A stretch of 61,378 bases of DNA, counting the filler, from Nemertoderma westbladi (lineage: Eukaryota; Animalia; Xenacoelomorpha), in the NCBI GenBank assembly GCA_032718475.1. It is 3 parts of 3 records of this genome, joined end to end, with 100 filler letters (N's around TTAATTAATTAA, not from the genome) between each part and the next. Parts side by side here need not be neighbours in the genome. Positions count along the whole stretch, not along the records: positions 24,660 to 50,391 come from JAUCBJ010008540.1; positions 50,492 to 61,378 come from JAUCBJ010002755.1; 1 more part is not named here. One strand, given 5' to 3'. This document shows, one piece after another, positions 49,113 through 61,378 of the stretch. The notes beneath the pieces are model-generated. The model worked only from the letters and a program-made list of their open reading frames with translations. It ran no database searches and had not been told where the DNA came from. The stretch's first letter is position 1. Each line of letters opens with the position of its first letter. The position numbers and the translations under genes are program-made.

Positions 49113-50391
49113 AAAAATATCGAGAGTAAAAATATCGAGAGTAAAAATATCGAGTGTTGAAAAATATCGAGAGTAAAAATATCGAGTGTAAAAATATCGA
49201 GTGTTGAAAAATATCGAGAGTAAAAATATCGAGTGTTGAAAATATCGAGAGTAAAAATATTGAGTGTTGAAAAATATCAAGTGTTGAAAAATATCGAGAG
49301 TAAAAATATCGATAGTAAAAATATCGATAGTAACAATTTTTTTTAATAAGCTTTGTATGATAATTTTTTTCCTAAAAATGTTCTAGTACAAAAAAAGTGT
49401 TCTAGAACAAAAATATTTATCAAAATTGGTAGCTTACACGTGTTATACATATAACATTTATAAAAAGAAGTAGAAAATACTAGATATTTTAAAAAATTAA
49501 AAATGTGATCTAGAACTAAAAAATGTGTTCTAGAACATAAATATTTATCAAAATTTATAGCTAGCACTTCTATAATATTTAAAAAAAATAGCAAAAACTA
49601 GCTAGTACTGTATAATAAATCTGGTAAATGGGTACCCAAGGTGTATTACATAATGCCATTCACTTGCACTTGCACTATTGTCACCCATGCACTGCAATAT
49701 TGTTCCATAATTCTAAATAAAATTCTCAAGCAAAATGCTATATTTTTACTCTCGATATTTTTCTACACTCGATATTTTTACACTCGATATTTTTACTCTC
49801 GATATTTTTCAACACTCGATATTTTTACTCTCGATATTTTTCAACACTCGATATTTTTACTCTCGATATTTTTACTCTCGATATTTTTCAACACTCGATA
49901 TTTTTACTCTCAATATTTTTCAACACTCGATATTTTTACTCTCGATATTTTTCAACACTCGATATTTTTACTCTCAATATTTTTCAACACTCGATATTTT
50001 TACTCTCAATATTTTTCAACACTCGATATTTTTACTCTCGATATTTTTCAACACTCGATATTTTTACTCTCGATATTTTTCAACACTCGATATTTTTACT
50101 CTCAATATTTTTCAACACTCGATATTTTTACTCTCAATATTTTTCAACACTCGATATTTTTACTCTCGATATTTTTCAACACTCGATATTTTCGATATTT
50201 TTACTCTCGATATTTTTCAACACTCGATATTTTTACTCTCAATATTTTTCAACACTCGATATTTTTACTCTCGATATTTTTCAACACTCGATATTTTTCA
50301 ACTCTCGTTATTTTTACACTCGATATTTTTACTCTCGATATTTTTCAACACTCGATATTTTTACTCTCGATATTTTTCAACACTCGATATT
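49113..50391. repeat. Foldback-like structure: two tandem arrays in inverted orientation
   Basis: AAAAATATCGAG(AGT/TGTTG) array at 49113-49335 and its reverse complement at 49740-50391; the right array runs into the gap. Confidence 0.85.
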
Positions 50392-50491
50392 NNNNNNNNN
50401 NNNNNNNNNNNNNNNNNNNNNNNNNNNNNNNNNNNTTAATTAATTAANNNNNNNNNNNNNNNNNNNNNNNNNNNNNNNNNNNNNNNNNNNN
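50392..50491. other. Artificial contig spacer (N run with TTAATTAATTAA)
   Basis: Linker at 50436-50447. Confidence 0.97.
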
Positions 50492-52770
50492 GCGTCCAGT
50501 GCTAATTACGATGACGCAATGATGCCGTCTATGGAATCGACTAGTATTGATAATTGTGAGGTCATGGAAGAACCAATTCTTTCGGAAGTTTCAAGTGTTG
50601 GCACTTCTGATCCAGAAGAATTACCGGCGATAAATAAAGTCAAACAAGTCAATCCCAATGGTTCAACTTCTGAGTCATACTCTGACAATTTGAATGCGTC
50701 CAGTGCTAATTACGATGACGCAATGATGCCGTCTATGGAATCGACTAGTATTGATAATTGTGAGGTCATGGAAGAACCAATTCTTTCGGAAGTTTCTTCG
50801 AAATATCCTACAAGAGAGCGCAAACCGCCAGAGTTCTATGGTTATTTTGGCGAACAAAGACCTACACCTTTGCTAGACACTGAGGCAGCCAAGGAACAGG
50901 AACTGTTAAACTGGCTGCAGAATGATGTATATACGGAAGTCTATGAAGTTCCTAGTAAAGCTAATATTGTTCAGACTCGCTGGGTTATTACGGAGAAAGA
51001 TGTGGAAGGTATAAAATTTACAAAGGCCCGTTTGGTAGTTAAAGGATTTCAGGATAAAGAAGATCCAATCTCATTTTCGCCAACTTGTGACAAGACATCG
51101 ATACGAACTCTGTTATCCATGGCTTCTTTATTTAAGTGGGATTTGTGGGTCATTGATATTAAAACGGCCTTTCTTCAGAGTAATAACTTTGATAGTGATC
51201 GAGTTATTTATGCTGTACCACCTCCAGAGTACATAAACAAATTAAGCACCAAATCAAAAGAAATCAAAGCTGCAAATGTATTCTGGAAATTAAATAAAGC
51301 CGTCTATGGGTTACAGGATGCCTGTAGGTATTGGTATCATAAGTTGCAGGAAGAGCTGTTTGTACTGGGTAACTTTCAAAACCAATTTGATCCAGCGTTG
51401 TATACAAATTATGATGAACATGATAGACTTGTTGGTATGATAGCAACACACGTTGATGACCTTCTCATAGGTGGTGTGAATGGTCTTCCTAAGGTTCGTG
51501 AAGGCATTGCACAATTGTTGAAAGTGGGTAAAGTCCGGCGAATCAAAGATACATGGACTAAGTTTCTGGGAGTATGCATTCGCCAGCTAGATAATGGTAG
51601 TTATGAAATATCACAAGAACAGTATATTGAAGGCATTGATTTTGAGGTTATTGACAAAGATAGTGAGTTATCGTGCAAATCATATTTCAAATCAACATTG
51701 GGGAAGCTAATGTGGGTTTCAACAAACACTAGACCAGATATCGGATTTATTGTAGGGAGTTTATCTCAGATTAACTCTCCAAACGCGGACGATATCGCGT
51801 TATTAAACAAAACAGTAAGGAAGATAAAGTCTGAAAAGGTTATATTGAAATATTACCATCCAGAAACCGCAGATCCTCCCGAAGCAGTGCGTTCAACAAT
51901 TCCTAATCTTTATATATTCGTTGATTCTTCGTTTGGTAACCCGTCTCGCTTAGCTATCTATATTTTCTGGGGACATTATTTGTTATATTGGGCTAGCCGT
52001 TGTTGTCGGCGTGTTACTAAAAGTACATTATCTGCCGAGACGTTTGCCCTGGTAGAGGGTGTCGATATGGGTCGATATATTCAGATGTTTATGAAGTCTA
52101 TATTGCGATCTGATCTAATTGATTGTCATTTTTACTCCGATCACAAAGGATTGGTTCAGGATTTATATAATGGGAAGATTCCGATAGAGAAACGACTGGC
52201 AATTGACTTTGCATTTATTAAAGAACTCGTGGTTGATATTGAAAAACTGAAATGGATTCCAACAAAGTTGCAGATTGCTGATACACTGACCAAAGCAAAA
52301 AGTCAGTCCGTTGTTTTATTAAAACGCATATTGAACGACCCGTTTGTGATGTATGAGCTTTTGGAAAATCTAACTGGTCATGTTTGACAAGCCGATAGCA
52401 TAAATTTCAATGAATGTAACAAACTGAAAGTAACTAATTGAATGACTATCCGATTTGTATTTGTACAAGTTGAAACTTAAGACCATAATTGACTTATGGC
52501 CAGAATAGTTTTTTTTTATAGTTAGAATTTATTTGTGGAACAAACTAAAAAAGGAAAGAAACGGAAGATTGTTAATACTGTAGACAGTACCTGGATGACT
52601 GTATGTGTTAGTGACTGATATAGGTACGGTAGTATGGTTACCGCGTACCGGTAATCAGTAGGCTACAGTTCATGATTCCACATCTAACTGGATTCAACTG
52701 TCTGACTATATATATTGGTTAAACTGTAATATAATAACTCGATCAAACTGATTATTATTCTCATATAACA
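50492..52770 (+). mobile_element. Ty1/Copia LTR retrotransposon, 3' half (RT-RNase H, PPT, 3' LTR)
   Basis: Open frame to 52387 with KARLVVKGF, DIKTAFLQ, KAVYGLQD, HVDDLL, FVDSSF, QIADTLTK; purine tract 52547-52568; LTR TGTTA...TAACA at 52570-52770. Confidence 0.93.
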
Positions 52771-54279
52771 AGTGCCACTTCCATAAATAGAGCTTACACC
52801 CCTCTACACGCACTCCAAATCCATGTAGGCCTACTTACTCCTTGAGAAGCACTCATGTAGCGATGGAATGCCCCACTCAGATGCCATATGCCGGGTAATA
52901 TACAGTAATAATGCAGAGGACACAATGAAATAGTGACAATGATATGGTCTGAATCACATATCATGATGCGAGGAAAAATTGATGCCAATACTGTAAATGG
53001 CAAGCAAAGTAACCAGTAACCTTTGCTATGGACTCTTGTTTTTTTTAGAATAGCCTGCCGCTGTAACCTATTCCTTTCCATTAATCTGAACCCGTATTCA
53101 TCGAACTGATGTGGTTTTGTGGATCCCTTTGTCCATGTTTATTGTACTCGTTTAATTGCTGAACTTCCATGATTTTTGCTGCTGTTGCTGTTACTTACTT
53201 ATTTTGTGCCATTAATATATTAGGTGGTTGGTTGTGAGCGAGAATGCTTACTAACATTTTTACACCTGAGTTTATTTAAAACGAGTAGAATTAAAAGATA
53301 GCAATAATACATTCTGTTTTATTATCAGTGATTATAGATACCTTCTCAAAATGGTTTGTGCATATTTTTTCCCAATCTAGGTAATAATCTGCATCCACTT
53401 ACTGTAGTTCTATCTATTAAACCTTTGCACACCTCAGATTTCCTTGCATCGACTTTATTCGTCGGGAGAGAATGGTCATTGGTTATTAATTTAACATTAC
53501 TGGGATGCACCGTACAACTTGACTACCAATTAATTACCTTAATTTCCTTGTCTATCAGCAGAACGTAAGCCTTCATGCGCACCTGTATGACTACAGTATC
53601 TCTACATAGGCAACCTCTAGGCCTACAATCTTTCATGCATTGGGACTTTGGTCCTTTGTTCTCTAATCTTTAAGTTATTGAGGCTTCTCTAAAACACCAC
53701 AGCCGGCGAATTCACTTCCGGACGGAATGACCTGGTGTGCGGAGATCTACGAAAGTCGCATCCCTATAGTCACCTGGGGGTCCCGCCACAGGTTGCTAAC
53801 TCCCGCTGCACTGTGTCCTTCAACCTGGTGTCTCTCCCGATGTTTCTACAGCATGAGTATGGCAGACCGCCGATTCCGTGAGGTATTATTATTAAAACAA
53901 TTTTGTTATATTTTTGATTGTCTGCACAAATAAATACATTACTATTATAATGAATGTTAGGCGTATATTATCCACATAAACTCGCACAAACTCGCTGAAA
54001 CTCGCACAAAGTACAATGATTATTGATTATTAATGATGATACATATTTAAATAATCAATGAATCTAGATCCCGTAAGTGATATGCCAGGCGTAGTGGTGT
54101 TGTCATATGTGGCATGGATGTACAACATATTGCATGAGAAACGTCTGATGCAGACTCTTTGCAAAACTTGCATATACATCCGCTATCCGGCCGCCAGCAG
54201 TTCTTATTACATTACTTATGGTGGAAACCGTTTGATATAAACTGTGATGCCAAACGGCGACGTTGTTTTGTGAGGTGGC

Positions 54280-55160
54280 GTATATTTATCACCGCAGATG
54301 CTGGATTGTCAACCGCCTCCAATATTCTCGTGTTTGAAGCAAACTTACTGAGGCCACACCAAAGTTTATAGAAGACGCCTCTTACTTTCACAACATGTGG
54401 TAGCTGGGATAGCCGGGGGGCATCTTTAAAAGTGGAGCAGCCGCATACCTACTGTTGCCGGAAGTACAACTAGAGCCCATAATTTTTTGCTGTGTCGAGT
54501 CCAACAGCACCCATGTCGATAGGGGTCGCAAGTCGCATGCAGGACGCTATACCGCGGTTAGGTAGATGATTATAGTGACCTGATCCCGAGTTTTTCTTTG
54601 TCAGTACCACTCCAAGGTAATTGAAACTATTTACGAATTCGATAGGTTCGCCTTTATAGAATAACTTATCGGATTTACATAGTCGGCCTCCTCTCCGGAA
54701 TTTTGTTGCTTTGGTTTTGATAAGGTTTACCGAAAGCTCATGCGATCCGGTCGATTGCAGATTGTACAGATTCTAATGAGTTACCATAAATTGCCAGATC
54801 GTCCTCGTATAACACAACAATGACAGCAAATCCAGCAAGAACAGTTGGGAGACTGTTCTGACAGTCTCCCAACGACACAGAACAATCTCGAGTTCTCGGG
54901 TCTCGAGTTCTTATTTATCTTTTATTTGAGATAAATAAGCTAAAGAGTAGTGGGGACAGTTTGTCTCCCTGTATGACTCCAACCATTTGAGAAATCGGGT
55001 CCGTAACAAACTGGCCGATGCAGATGCATATATAATTTGTCGCAATTGTTGCCCAAAGGGCGATAATGGATTTCTGACTGACTCCCAAAACGACCAATTT
55101 TGAGCACAGTTTTTCACGATTTACCGAGTCAAAGGCTTTCGTGTAATAAAAAAACACGCA
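54280..55160 (-). mobile_element. Degraded non-LTR retrotransposon RT
   Basis: KAFDSVNREKL, GVIQGDKLSPLLFSLFI, YEDDLAI, FNYLGVVL in shifting frames. Confidence 0.8.
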
Positions 55161-55974
55161 GTATAAATAACGCAGTATACATTACTATTATAGTAATTTA
55201 GAAGGGATGATGTTTATATATGTTATAGTCATTGACATTAATATTTACTACATACCGCCAGATATATTTTCATTCACGATTTTATTACTGTAGTTGGAAT
55301 AGGTCATCTCATCTTTATCGATCGACTACAATAATAAATTGTCATTAACTTTTAACAGAAATATCGCTAAAATATTCAGCTTCCACTAAAATTTATTACA
55401 GTATTTTCATTAAAATCTATTAATTTTCGCTAAATAATGGAAAGGAGCAGGTTACAGTGGCACGTTATTCTAACCAAAACATTAAATGAAATTCAATAGA
55501 GAAAGGTTACAATTTTCCTTTCCATGATAAAATTACATTTAGTGATAATTATTATATATTAGTTCAGGAATATTGTGGTGACCAAAACTTCGTGAAATAT
55601 ACCATTTAATATTGGAAAAGTGTCCAGTCCAATAAAATTAACGCGGTTGGAATTTGAGAATTGAATGTTGAAAGATTGTGTGATAGATGATAGATTGCGC
55701 AACTCCTCAGCATTAAGACTTACAAGTAAATGGGGAACTATATATATTTGTAACATTATCACAATAATAATACATCACTACACTGTACGTACGTATGTTG
55801 TTTTTTTCTCGCAATTCATGGATTTTATTTATAAACTTTTTTATTTTGTTTTAACGATGTCCCTGAACTGTGTTTATCTGTTCGGTGTAATTATAGTAGT
55901 ATTTATAACTCAAAATATTATTGTCGGCGGTTTGGCGTATAAAAATAACCATTTATTGTACGGTAAATAAAATA

Positions 55975-56072
55975 TGTTTTATTTACTGTTCGTCCCGGGA
56001 TCTGTTATTTACCGACCGAGCGCAGCGAGGGAGGTAAATAAGTCAGATCGAGGGGTGAAAAGGTAAACAAAG
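55975..56072. mobile_element. Short palindromic element centred on CGAGCGCAGCGAG
   Basis: gatctg.ttatttacc arm is mirrored by ggtaaataa..cagatc. Confidence 0.55.
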
Positions 56073-56364
56073 AAGGCCGAGATTGTTTGATGGAAGGGGA
56101 CAAACTGGGAACAAAGCAAAGGTAAATATGAAGTTAAATAATTTATTATTAAATTCTCCCTAATCACAAAAAGCGGCCTATAGCAATGTTTCTTTTTGAC
56201 CTTCGCTCAACCTTAGTGAACGGCTACTCGCTACTCTCACACATTAATTACCGAAATACAGCTATCCCTTCAGGATTTTATAGACCAATTCAAGATGTAC
56301 CAACCTAACAGAACACAACAACAATTTAGTGATGAAGCAATACCTAAATACAAATACACCCGGT

Positions 56365-59300
56365 ATTCTGTTCACCGCCATTGGTGATCTTGGGTGATTA
56401 AATCCTTCCACTCTGTTTCCTAAAATATTGCTTGTTCACCACCATAGATGATCTTCTACAGTAAACCCTATCACTCTGGTTCCTAAAGGAATGCCTGTTC
56501 ACCACCATGAGTGATCTTCCACAGTAAACCCCTCCACTCTGTTTCCTAAAGGAATGCCTGTTCACCACAATGGATGATCTTCTACAGTAAACCCTTTCAC
56601 TCTGTTTCCTAAAGGAATGCCTGTTCACCACCATGAGTGATCTTCCACAGTAAACCCTTCCACTCTGTTTCCTAAAGGAATGCCTGTTCACCATCATAGG
56701 TAATCTTCTACAGTAAACCCTTTCACACTGTTTCCTAAAGGAATGCCTGTTCACCACCATGGGTGATCTTCCACAGTAAACCCTTTCACTCTGTTTCCTA
56801 AAGGAATGCCTGTTCACCACCATAGGTGATCTTCTACAGTTAACCCTTTCACTCTGTTTCCTAAAGGAATGCCTGTTCACCATCATAGGTAATCTTCTAC
56901 AGTAAACCCTTTCACACTGTTTCCTAAAGGAATGCCTGTTCACCACCATGGGTGATCTTCCACAGTAAACCCTTCCACTCTGTTTTCTAAAGGAATGCCT
57001 GTTCACCACCATGGGTTATCTTCCACAGTAAACCCTTCCACTCTGTTTGTTTCTAAAGGAATGCCTGTTCACCACCATGGGTGATCTTCCACAGTAAACC
57101 CTTCCACTCTGGTTCCTAAAGGAATACCTGTTCACCACCACGTTTGATCTTCCACAGTAAACCCTTCCACTCTGTTTCCTAAAGGAATGCCTGTTCACCA
57201 CCATGGGTTATCCTCCACAGTAAACCCTTCCACTCTGATTTCTAAAGGAATGCCTGTTCACCACCTCGGGATATCTTTCACAGTAAACCCTTCCACTCTG
57301 GTTCCTAAAGGAATGCCTGTTCAACACCATGGGTTATCCTCCACAGTAAACCCTTCCACTCTGATTTCTAAAGGAATGCCTGTTCACCACCACGTTTGAT
57401 CTTCCACAGTAAACCCTTCCACTCTGTTTCCTAAAGGAATGCCTGTTCACCACCATGGGTTATCCTCCACAGTAAACCCTTCCACTCTGATTTCTAAAGG
57501 AATGCCTGTTCACCACCACGGGAGATCTTCCACAGTAAACCCTTCCATTATGTTTCCTAAAGGAATGTCTGTTCAACACCATGGGTGATCTTCCACAGTA
57601 AACCCTTCCACTCTGGTTCCTAAAGGAATACCTGTTCACCACCACGTTTGATCTTCCACAGTAAACCCTTCCACTCTGTTTCCTAAAGGAATGCCTGTTC
57701 ACCACCATGGGTTATCCTCCACAGTAAACCCTTCCACTCTGATTTCTAAAGGAATGCCTGTTCACCACCTCGGGTTATCTTCCACAGTAAACCCTTCCAC
57801 TCTGGTTCCTAAAGGAATGCCTGTTCACCACCATGAGTGATCTTCCACAGTAAACCCTTCCACTCTGGTTCCTAAAGGAATGCCTGTTCACCACCTCGGG
57901 ATATCTTTCACAGTAAACCCTTCCACTCTGGTTCCTAAAGGAATGCCTGTTCACCACCATGAGTGATCTTCCACAGTAAACCCTTCCACTCTGGTTCCTA
58001 AAGGAATACCTGTTCACCACCACGTTTGATCTTCCACAGTAAACCCTTCCACTCTGTTTCCTAAAGGAATGCCTGTTCACCACCATGGGTGATCTTCCAC
58101 AGTAAACCCTTCCACTCTGGTTCCTAAAGGAATACCTGTTCACCACCACGTTTGATCTTCCACAGTAAACCCTTCCACTCTGGTTCCTAAAGGAATGCCT
58201 GTTCACCACCATGAGTGATCTTCCACAGTAAACCCTTCCACTCTGGTTCCTAAAGGAATACCTGTTCACCACCACGTTTGATCTTCCACAGTAAACCCTT
58301 CCACTCTGTTTCCTAAAGGAATGCCTGTTCACCACCATGGGTTATCCTCCACAGTAAACCCTCCCACTCTGGTTCCTAAAGGAATGCCTGTTCACCACCT
58401 CGGGATATCTTTCACAGTAAACCCTTCCACTCTGGTTCCTAAAGGAATGCCTGTTCACCACCATGAGTGATCTTCCACAGTAAACCCTTCCACTCTGTTT
58501 CCTAAAGAAACGCCTGTTCACCACCATGAGTTATCTTCCACAGTAAACCCTTCCACTCTGGTTCCTAAAGAAATGCCTGTTCACCACCATGAGTGATCTT
58601 CCACAGTAAACCCTTCCACTCTGTTTCCTAAAGGAATGCCTGTTCACCACCATGGGTGATCTTCCACAGCAATCCCTTCCACTCTGTTTCCTAAAGGAAT
58701 GCCTGTTCACCACCATGGATTATCCTCCACAGTAAACCCTTCCACTCTGGTTCCTAAAGGAATGCCTGTTCACCACCATTGGTTATCTTCCACAGTAAAC
58801 CCTTCCACTCTGGTTCCTAAAGGAATGCCTGTTCACCACCTCGGGTTATCTTTCACAGTAAACCCTTCCACTCTGGTTCCTAAAGGAATGCCTGTTCACC
58901 ACCTCGGGTTATCTTTCACAGTAAACCATTCCACTCTGGTTCGTAAAGGAATGCCTGTTCACCACCTCGGGTTATCTTCCACAGTAAACCCTTCCACTCT
59001 GGTTCCTAAAGGAATGGCTGTTCACAACCATGAGTGATCTTCCACAGCAATCCCTTCCACTCTGTTTCCTAAAGGAATTCCTGTTCACCACCATGGGTGA
59101 TCTTCCACAGTAAACCCTTCCACTCTGTTTCCTAAAGGAATGCCTGTTCAACACCATTTTTGATCTTCCACAGTAAACCCTTCCATTCTGTCTCCTAAAG
59201 GAATGCCTGTTCAACACCATTTTTGATCTTCCACAGTAAACCCTTCCATTCTGTCTCCTAAAGGAATTCCTGTTCACCACCATGGGTGATCTTTCACAGT

Positions 59301-60677
59301 AAACCCTTCCACTCTGTTTCCTAAAGGAATGCCTGTTCAACACCATTTTTGATCTTCCACAATAAACCCTCCCACTCTGGTTCCTAAAGGAATGCCTGTT
59401 CACCACCATGGGTTATCCTCCACAAGTAAACCCTTCCGCTCTGGTTCCTAAAGAAATGCCTGTTCATCACCACGGGAGATCTTCCACAGTAAACCCTTCC
59501 ATTATGTTTCCTAAAGGAATGCATGTACACCACCACGGGTTATCTTCCACAGTAAACCCTTCCACTCTGTTTCCTAAAGGATTGCCTGTTCACCACCATG
59601 GGTGATCTTCCATAGCAAACCCTTCCACTCTGTTTCCTAAACGAATCCCTGTTCACCACCATGGGTGATCTTCTACAGCAAACCCTTCCACTCTGTTTCC
59701 TAAAGGAATGCATGTTCAACACCATTCTTGATCTTCCACAGTAAAACCTTCCATTCTGTCTCCTAAAGGAATTTCTGTTCACCCCATGGGTGATCTTCCA
59801 CAGTAAACCCTTCCACTCTGTTTCCTAAACGAATCCCTGTTCACCACCATGGGTGATCTTCTACAGCAAACCCTTCCACTCTGTTTCCTAAAGGAATGCA
59901 TGTTCAACACCATTCTTGATCTTCCACAGTAAAAACTTCCATTCTGTCACCTAAAGGAATTCCTGTTCACCACAATGAGTGATCTTCCACAGTAAACCCT
60001 TCCACTCTGCTTCCTAAACGAATCCCTGTTCACCACCATGGGTGATCTTCCACAGCAAACCCTTCCACTCTGTTTCCTAAAGGAATGCCTGTTCAACACC
60101 ATTTTTGATCTTCCACAGTAAACCCTTCCATTCTGTCTCCTAAAGGAATTCCTGTTCACCACCATGGGTGATCTTCCACAGTAAACCCTTCCACTCTGTT
60201 TCCTAAAGGAATGCCTGTTCAACACCATGTGTGATCTTCCACAGTAAACCCTTCCACTCTGTTTCCTAAAGGAATGCCTGTTCACCACCATGGGTGATCT
60301 TCCACAGTAAACCCTTCCACTCTGTTTCCTAAAGGAATGCCTGTTCACCACCATTGGTGATCTTCCACAGTAAACCCTTCCACTCTGTTTCCTAAAGGAA
60401 TGCCTGTTCACCACCATGGGTGATCTTCCACAGTAAACCCTTCCACTCTGTTTCCTAAAGGAATGCCTGTTCACCACCATGGGTGATCTTCCACAGTAAA
60501 CCCTTCCACTCTGTTTCCTAAAGGAATGCCTGTTCACCACCATGGGTGATCTTCCACAGTAAACCCTTCCACTCTGTCTCCTAAAGGAATTCCTGTTCAC
60601 CACCATGGGTGATCTTCCACAGTAAACCCTTCCACTCTGTCTCCTAAAGGAATTCCTGTTCACCACGATGGGTGATT
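56365..60677. repeat. 63-bp minisatellite, about 68 copies, expanded from a SINE-like element
   Basis: Unit CTGTTCACCACCATGGGTGATCTTCCACAGTAAACCCTTCCACTCTGTTTCCTAAAGGAATGC; abuts a SINE-like head and core at 60678-60820. Confidence 0.95.
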
Positions 60678-60820
60678 GGTTCCCATTTATCGACCAATAA
60701 AGGGTGAAAACCTGTGTAGAGCTAGTCCGTAGCATTTAAAGCCTCGTGTCCAAACAGTGCTGCGACGTACAAGGAACGAACCTGGAGCTTCCAGAATGAA
60801 AGCCCGTGTAATTCTAAAGC
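60678..60820 (-). mobile_element. Degenerate tRNA-SINE head and core preceding the 63-bp array
   Basis: Minus strand: CCAGGTTCGTTCC (B box-like) ... TTTTCACCCTTTATTGGTCGATAAATGGGAACCA, similar to the core of the SINE at 11955. Confidence 0.55.
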
Positions 60821-61378
60821 GATAAGTTACCAACAAAAATACAATTTATAGGGGCGATAAAGTTCCAGAGGCGATAAGGTCCTGCTTCTGTATTCTTCTA
60901 TTCTGTTTGTAAACGCACCAACCATAGAAACCGTCATAGAAACCGTCATATCATACCTAGAATGAAGTCATACAGGTTCCACCACCAACGAATTATTTCT
61001 CCAAACAACAATGATGTACAGTTTCTATATAATTGTTTTGGTTCAAATAACGTGCCATTGTAACCTGCTCCTTTCCCTAAATTGATAATTTAACATTGAG
61101 GCGGATTCGCCAAGATGGGATTTGCGTCCAGTTCCCCCCCCCCCCCTCCCCCCTCCCCCTCTCTCACAAATTTCACTCAACAAGGAACCATGCAATTCAA
61201 ACGTCCAGAAATTAATTTAAGGTCGACCATAAATACATTTTTGGTCGACAATAAATTAATTTATGGTCGACCATATATTATGACGTCATGGACAACTTAT
61301 GAAAAAAAAAAATAATAAATTGGCAAAGATCAGCCACCGTAAAATAATATTTAATTATAGTTATCATAAAAATAGTTA

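Noticed and set aside
49641-50447. 268-aa and 234-aa ORFs
   Set aside because: Translations of the 15/17-bp tandem array running into Ns.
56398-60735. 21-aa repeat ORFs (MVVNRHSFRKQSGRVYCGRSP)
   Set aside because: Frequent stops and indels between units, no splice signals, SINE-like flank.

Overview
AT-rich animal (invertebrate-type) genomic DNA with GT-AG spliceosomal introns. It is made of three contigs (1-24559, 24660-50391, 50492-61378) joined by artificial 100-nt N spacers containing TTAATTAATTAA. Spliced genes reconstructed by hand: a complete 10-exon Notum (Wnt deacylase, minus strand), one exon of a KCNQ1-type K+ channel (plus), the first two exons of an aldehyde dehydrogenase (minus), and eight exons of an obscurin/UNC-89-like Ig-domain protein (plus). 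Five single-exon ORFs are present: AQP11/12-type aquaporin, ORC2, FAM177, glutathionyl-hydroquinone reductase and synaptogyrin. ORC2 and FAM177 lie inside Notum intron 4, and synaptogyrin lies inside an obscurin intron. Notum itself may lie inside a KCNQ intron. The window also has tRNA-Arg(ACG), a minimal hammerhead ribozyme, RTE, Penelope-like, Copia, SINE, MITE and Helentron-type elements, and many minisatellites. The most striking patterns are nested intronless genes, minisatellites built from real splice junctions (arrays of decoy splice sites that lead to stop codons), and minisatellites expanded from inside SINEs.
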